A stretch of DNA of 64,000 nt from an uncultured delta proteobacterium. Lineage in GTDB: Bacteria > Desulfobacterota > RBG-13-43-22. Of the stretch, positions 59,647 to 64,000 are shown piece after piece. Within the stretch, counting starts at the first letter, position 1. Each line of letters opens with the position of its first letter. The notes below the pieces were generated by a model that worked only from the letters and a program-made list of their open reading frames with translations, was not told the origin of the DNA and made no database searches. The stretch is from NCBI GenBank assembly GCA_963790475.1, contig CAWBOS010000015.1, forward strand, positions 512,001 to 576,000, in the 5' to 3' direction. A program made the translations under genes and the position numbers.

Positions 59647-60735
59647 TTAGGGATTTGCCCGGCCATAGGACAAAGTCAGGTGGATTTTCTTGCGAGCCCG
59701 GTAGGCCCGGATAACATTGTAAAGGATCATTACCACCCCGGTGATACCGCTGGCAAAAAGCAGATACTTGCTTCCATTGTTGAACCAGGGATCCAGCGAG
59801 GGGCTGATATCCAGGAACCCCAATTGACGAAGATACATGGGAACGGCAATAGCCCGGCTTATAACGCAGAACAGGATGATCAGACAGGTGACCATTCGAA
59901 TGTACCGCTCACCGACTACTTTCACGCCATAGGCCCCGAGATAAACCCCTATTAAAGACCCGGTCATCAATAAAACGGTCAGTCGAATATCAACAAACCC
60001 TTCCCAGGCATAGTTCAAGGCCCCCCAGGCCCCCATAAACATAGCCAAATACAACTCCGTCCCGGCGGCCACGGCGGTAGGAACGCCGAAAACATAAATC
60101 ATAGCCGGTACTCCGACAAACCCCCCAACCCCGATCGTGCCGGCCAGATAACCGGTAGCCAGACCGACCGGCAGTAAGAACCATAAGGAAACCTTGACAT
60201 CGGCCACTTTAAAATGGATAAAGGGAGGAATCTTCATCCGGGCCAGGGATTCGGAAATTTTCTTGGAAGGTCCCGTCCCTTCTTCCGTATTTTTCATCAG
60301 GTCCCGAAGCATGGAGATGGCCACCAGGGTCAAGATGCCGATGAAAACAGCGCTGATATATAAATTGGCCCCGGCTCCGGAAGCGGCCCCGTGCCCATCT
60401 CCTCCTCCATGAAATAACAGACTGTTGATCCAGACGGCCAGACGGATACCGAGCAAGCTGGTGACGAGCAGGAACATGCCCAACCTTTTGTCGACATTTC
60501 CCATTTCTCCATGTTTCTTGGACCCCATCATGGCCTTGCCGAATTTGTGAGTTATATTGCTGGCTACGGCCACCACGCCGTTGACCCCCAGGTTCATCAT
60601 CCCCGGGGTCATAAAAAAGGCCCCCCCGCTCCCGATAAACCCGCTTAATACCCCACCGATAAACCCCAGAACGATTACCTGTAAGGCAGAAGAGAGATCT
60701 AGAGAAATAAACATACTCGCTATTTCGTTGGTCAT
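59647..60735 (-). CDS. TSUP (TauE/SafE) family transporter
   Basis: SGFIGSGGAFFMTP, TIGVGGFVGVP, AAGTEL. Confidence 0.9.
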   Translation of the reverse strand: MTNEIASMFISLDLSSALQVIVLGFIGGVLSGFIGSGGAFFMTPGMMNLGVNGVVAVASNITHKFGKAMMGSKKHGEMGNVDKRLGMFLLVTSLLGIRLAVWINSLLFHGGGDGHGAASGAGANLYISAVFIGILTLVAISMLRDLMKNTEEGTGPSKKISESLARMKIPPFIHFKVADVKVSLWFLLPVGLATGYLAGTIGVGGFVGVPAMIYVFGVPTAVAAGTELYLAMFMGAWGALNYAWEGFVDIRLTVLLMTGSLIGVYLGAYGVKVVGERYIRMVTCLIILFCVISRAIAVPMYLRQLGFLDISPSLDPWFNNGSKYLLFASGITGVVMILYNVIRAYRARKKIHLTLSYGRANP

Positions 60736-60756
60736 AGGAACGCTCCTTTTTCATTT

Positions 60757-60903
60757 TTGATGAACTCGTAAAAAGTCGCCAAAAGACGTATTTAGTCATT
60801 CCGGTCCCGTATCAAGTACGGGATAGACTCCAGCCGTAATCCAGTGTTTTTAATTAGTTATATTCTCCTGGACCCCGGCTTTCGCCGGGGTGACGCTTTT
60901 TAC
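60757..60903. mobile_element. MITE/REP-like palindromic element
   Basis: GTAAAAAG...CTTTTTAC ends enclosing GTCATTCCGG-(CCCGTA..TACGGG)-AATCCAG and CTGGACCCCGGCTTTCGCCGGGGTGAC hairpins. Confidence 0.6.
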
Positions 60904-60974
60904 CTGTCCATCTTTTTTAACTATTACATCCGGCAAAACGGATTTCGCTGAACGCCGAATGGCAGTTTCCCCGT

Positions 60975-62486
60975 TCAATCCAGCTTGATTAACTTCAGAA
61001 TCACATGAGCGATGGTCCCATAAAGATAAGCAAACACAGGGGCCAAGAGGCCGACTGCGACTACGGCGAGAAACTTCGACCCTTTGTATTGTTGTAAAAA
61101 AGACAAGATGCTCTCCTGGTTGGTAAAAAGGCCCCAATAAATTCCGAGAACCAGGAGAATAAAGACAAAAAACTTGACCAATTGTTTGCCGCCTAAAAAA
61201 TATTTCTTTTGAAGTTCGTCCGCCGAAATCACCGGAATGCGGATGTGTTCTCCCAGGAAGACCTTTAAATCATTAAGCATGCGGATTTGAACGGCCCTGG
61301 ACCTGGTCTGGAAAAGATCGCCGATGACCACTAAGCTGTAGTTTACGTTTCGACTGATGGTCTTGGAAAGGCTGGGAAAGGTCCCCTGCAAGAGGTGTCC
61401 CCCTCCGGAACGTCCCTGCCGGATGAGTTCATCCAGGGTTTTATTCAATCCTCCATCATCAATGCCCGAGGTTTCGGGGGTATCCTCTTCAATACCGCCG
61501 TTATAGGAGGCTTTTCCCCTGGGCGGTGGAGGCGTGGCCGAAAGGCCTTCTTCCTCCTCTCCGACAATCAGTTGATCGGAAGGGGTAAAGCGCAGCAATT
61601 CGATGGCGGCCCCCCAACGCTGGGCGATCTGATTGATTTGAGTGAAGGTCTCCGATTGAGGATTGAAGATCTCCTGGATCCAAAGGATATTGGTTTCGGC
61701 CATGGTGGCCAGGACTTCCTTGACCCCCTTTAATCCGGATACGACCTCCGGGATGGATTGGGCTACTTGGACTTGCCTGGGCATGTAGGTGACAGTGATG
61801 ACTCCCTGGTTAGCCGAGACGGTCAAGTCGGCCCAGGAGGTTCGCTCATCCAGGGCCAATCGCATCCTGGCCCGGGCGGCCAGACAATAGTTACCCATAA
61901 CGGCCAGGGAGGCCGGGGTGGGCCGAAAATCAGGAAGGTCCACCATAGAGCACAGGGCCGCGCCGGTATTGGCAATACCCATGTTTTCAAGATTCAGAAC
62001 CATATCGTATTGTTTGGGATCATTCATGTCCTGGCTATGGATGACATGGACCCACCGTTCGATATCCTCGTTAACCTGTTGGTCATATTTCTCGGCCTTG
62101 GGCCGATCCATGCGGAGCTTCTGCATATTGCTCTGTATCTGGTATTCGCGATTGGGTACCAGGCGAACCCGAAATACATGGGAAACATTCGGCAGGAGCA
62201 AATGACCTCCCCGGCCGTGATAAACCAGGTTTCCTCCGCCGGCCCGTTCACAAATCCCGGCGGTGATAAAGGCCAGATATCTTTCCTTCAGACGAGCCAG
62301 ACCTTCGGACTGAGCCGGGCTCTTGATAACCGACATTTCCAATTTTCCGACCGGTATCCCCGCTTCCGTCGCCTGATCGACCAGCTCTTCCCGGCCCAGA
62401 CAGGGATATCCTAATTTCCCGGCCAGGTTTTCAGCCACTTCCTTTCTAAGAGCGGCCGAAGTACTTGAAATGATGACAATGGCCAT
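60975..62486 (-). CDS. Cytidylate kinase-like / BON-like / USP-like fusion with C-terminal TM pair
   Basis: VFRVRLVP, DPKQYDMVLN; P-loop degenerate (SSTSAALR); two C-terminal TMs. Confidence 0.75.
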   Translation of the reverse strand: MAIVIISSTSAALRKEVAENLAGKLGYPCLGREELVDQATEAGIPVGKLEMSVIKSPAQSEGLARLKERYLAFITAGICERAGGGNLVYHGRGGHLLLPNVSHVFRVRLVPNREYQIQSNMQKLRMDRPKAEKYDQQVNEDIERWVHVIHSQDMNDPKQYDMVLNLENMGIANTGAALCSMVDLPDFRPTPASLAVMGNYCLAARARMRLALDERTSWADLTVSANQGVITVTYMPRQVQVAQSIPEVVSGLKGVKEVLATMAETNILWIQEIFNPQSETFTQINQIAQRWGAAIELLRFTPSDQLIVGEEEEGLSATPPPPRGKASYNGGIEEDTPETSGIDDGGLNKTLDELIRQGRSGGGHLLQGTFPSLSKTISRNVNYSLVVIGDLFQTRSRAVQIRMLNDLKVFLGEHIRIPVISADELQKKYFLGGKQLVKFFVFILLVLGIYWGLFTNQESILSFLQQYKGSKFLAVVAVGLLAPVFAYLYGTIAHVILKLIKLD

Positions 62487-62488
62487 AG

Positions 62489-62986
62489 TTATATTCCTTC
62501 CTTGTCAGTGATATTCTTTAAACTCACAGGGTCGATGTTTCCATCTTTATTTCTCTTCCTATCCCCGGTCATACTCCTATCCTCCTTGGGCCTGACAATA
62601 ACGATTTGGCTTTCCACACTGCTTCGCAAAGATTCGATCTGCTGGTTCAAGGTGTTATAAATCGGTTCCTGAGCCGGTGGGACGGCAATGATAATCTCCG
62701 AAATATGATGGTCCCGGGCAAAACGGGGTATGGTGTCCAGGTATCCTTCGTTAGAAAAAAACAGATCTATGTTGATCTTTTCAGCCCTGGCCTGCTGAAT
62801 AAGGTCATCAAAGGATTTCGGCCAGGGTTTAGAATTCTTACCCGGAACTGGTTCACCTTCCCCGGAAGGAGAAAATATTAAAAACAGAATTTTGGTGGGA
62901 TTTCGTTTGGAAAATTCGACGGCAAAATAAGCGGCCGATAAAGAAAGCCAGGAAAAGTCTTTAATAGGCACTAAGATTTTGTTCAT
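62489..62986 (-). CDS. Universal stress protein-like
   Basis: MNKILVPI, FARDHHISEIIIA, QIVIVRP. Confidence 0.6.
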   Translation of the reverse strand: MNKILVPIKDFSWLSLSAAYFAVEFSKRNPTKILFLIFSPSGEGEPVPGKNSKPWPKSFDDLIQQARAEKINIDLFFSNEGYLDTIPRFARDHHISEIIIAVPPAQEPIYNTLNQQIESLRSSVESQIVIVRPKEDRSMTGDRKRNKDGNIDPVSLKNITDKEGI

Positions 62987-63010
62987 AGGGAGTCCTCATC
63001 CGAAGGGGAC

Positions 63011-63026
63011 TACAAATTCCATGCCG
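63011..63026 (-). promoter_or_regulatory. Putative sigma-54 -24/-12 promoter
   Basis: CGGCAT-GGAAT-TTGTA vs TGGCAC-N5-TTGCW, about 25 nt upstream of the operon start. Confidence 0.55.
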
Positions 63027-63100
63027 TTTATCGGACATAAATAAAATCCAATGGTTATAAAAGCTGGAGAGGGAAGGAATAGATAGGAGGCCGATAAATT

Positions 63101-63227
63101 GGTTCAAAATGAAACGCTAAAGAAGGGCAAATACAGGGTGTCTTCCGAATACATTTCAAATAAATTAATAATTATAATAGTTTAATTTAAGGAAACTATC
63201 GTCGAGGGGAAATTTTCAAAATGGAAC
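63101..63227. promoter_or_regulatory. Two palindromic enhancer (UAS) candidates
   Basis: GGTTCAAAATGAAAC (63101-63115) and TTTTCAAAATGGAAC (63213-63227). Confidence 0.5.
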
Positions 63228-63272
63228 AAATGGTTCTGAAAAAAATCGATAGAGGTTCGGTGCAGGGATCAC

Positions 63273-64000
63273 TTACTCTTTATCCAGCCCGTAGCGCAAA
63301 ATCTTCCTCCATAAGGTGGTGCGAGACATTTTTAGGATGCGGGCGGTTTCCATTTTATTATATTGCGTGGTCTCCAATAATTTCCGGATATATTCTTTTT
63401 CATTTTCCTCCCAGGACAGCCATTGGATGGATCCATAGGTTTCCACATCAAACTGCCTCAAGTCTTCAGGAAGATCCGCAGGGCCGATGAGCACTCCTTC
63501 CGACAAGGCCACGGCGCTGGCCACAATATTTTCCAATTCGCGGACATTGCCCGGGAAGGAGTACTTCATTAAGGTTTCCAGGGTTTCCCGGGCAAACCCC
63601 TGGACCTTTTTTTTGTAAGCGCGATTGTATTTGAGCAGAAAATGATTCAGCAACAGGGGGATATCTTCTTTGCGTTCCCTTAAAGGGGGGACCTTTATAA
63701 GAACCACCTTCAATCGGTAGAAAAGGTCCTGACGGAAGCGGCCCAACTCCACCTCCTTTTCCAATTCCCGGTTGGTGGCACTGATGATCCGGATATCCAG
63801 ATCAATCGGTTTGGTACTGCCCAGGCGAAGTAATTTTTTCTCCTGAATCACCCGCAGGAGTTTTACCTGCATGGTCGGGGGCATTTCACCGATTTCATCC
63901 ATGAAAAGGGTCCCCCTCTGGGCCGCCTCCATAAGTCCTATTTTGGTGGAATCGGCCCCGGTAAAGGCCCCTTTTTCATGACCGAAGAGTTCATTGGCGA
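63273..64000 (-). CDS. Sigma-54-dependent Fis-family transcriptional activator (5' end outside window)
   Basis: [49 protein letters not shown]-terminal HTH. Confidence 0.95.
   Translation of the reverse strand, partial: ANELFGHEKGAFTGADSTKIGLMEAAQRGTLFMDEIGEMPPTMQVKLLRVIQEKKLLRLGSTKPIDLDIRIISATNRELEKEVELGRFRQDLFYRLKVVLIKVPPLRERKEDIPLLLNHFLLKYNRAYKKKVQGFARETLETLMKYSFPGNVRELENIVASAVALSEGVLIGPADLPEDLRQFDVETYGSIQWLSWEENEKEYIRKLLETTQYNKMETARILKMSRTTLWRKILRYGLDKE

Overview
The window looks like DNA from an anaerobic Desulfobacterota-type (deltaproteobacterial) genome; this taxonomy is inferred from gene content. It has four blocks. (1) 1-15.8 kb is an accessory island abutting the 3' end of a tRNA-Glu/tRNA-Lys pair, with a tyrosine-integrase remnant. 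It carries a minus-strand operon built around a 1213-aa tubulin/FtsZ-like GTPase with a C-terminal GYF_2 domain. The operon also encodes a membrane-anchored vWA-like protein, zinc-ribbon proteins, two coiled-coil lipoproteins, an S41 protease and a TM2 gene split by an ISL3 element. (2) 17.8-31.6 kb is a C1/folate redox cluster: nfnA-nfnB-folE2-purH-like, divergent from fhs-hdrL-mvhD(Sec)-metV-metF. (3) 31.7-46.4 kb is housekeeping: tolQRAB-pal-cpoB (cpoB frameshifted), a GcvH-like protein lacking the lipoyl lysine, ileS-lspA-decayed lgt, an NCS2 permease and an M16 peptidase pair. (4) 46.6-64 kb is a putative sigma-54-driven operon of unknown function. It has two PEP-synthase-like His-phosphotransferases lacking the pyruvate domain, one catalytically gutted paralogue, two TSUP transporters, two CMP-kinase-like proteins, a histidine kinase and three stand-alone receivers. 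It ends in a DUF202 membrane protein carrying about 35 in-register heptads, mostly R-T-x-L-A-x-x. All calls come from reading motifs by eye; no database searches were run.
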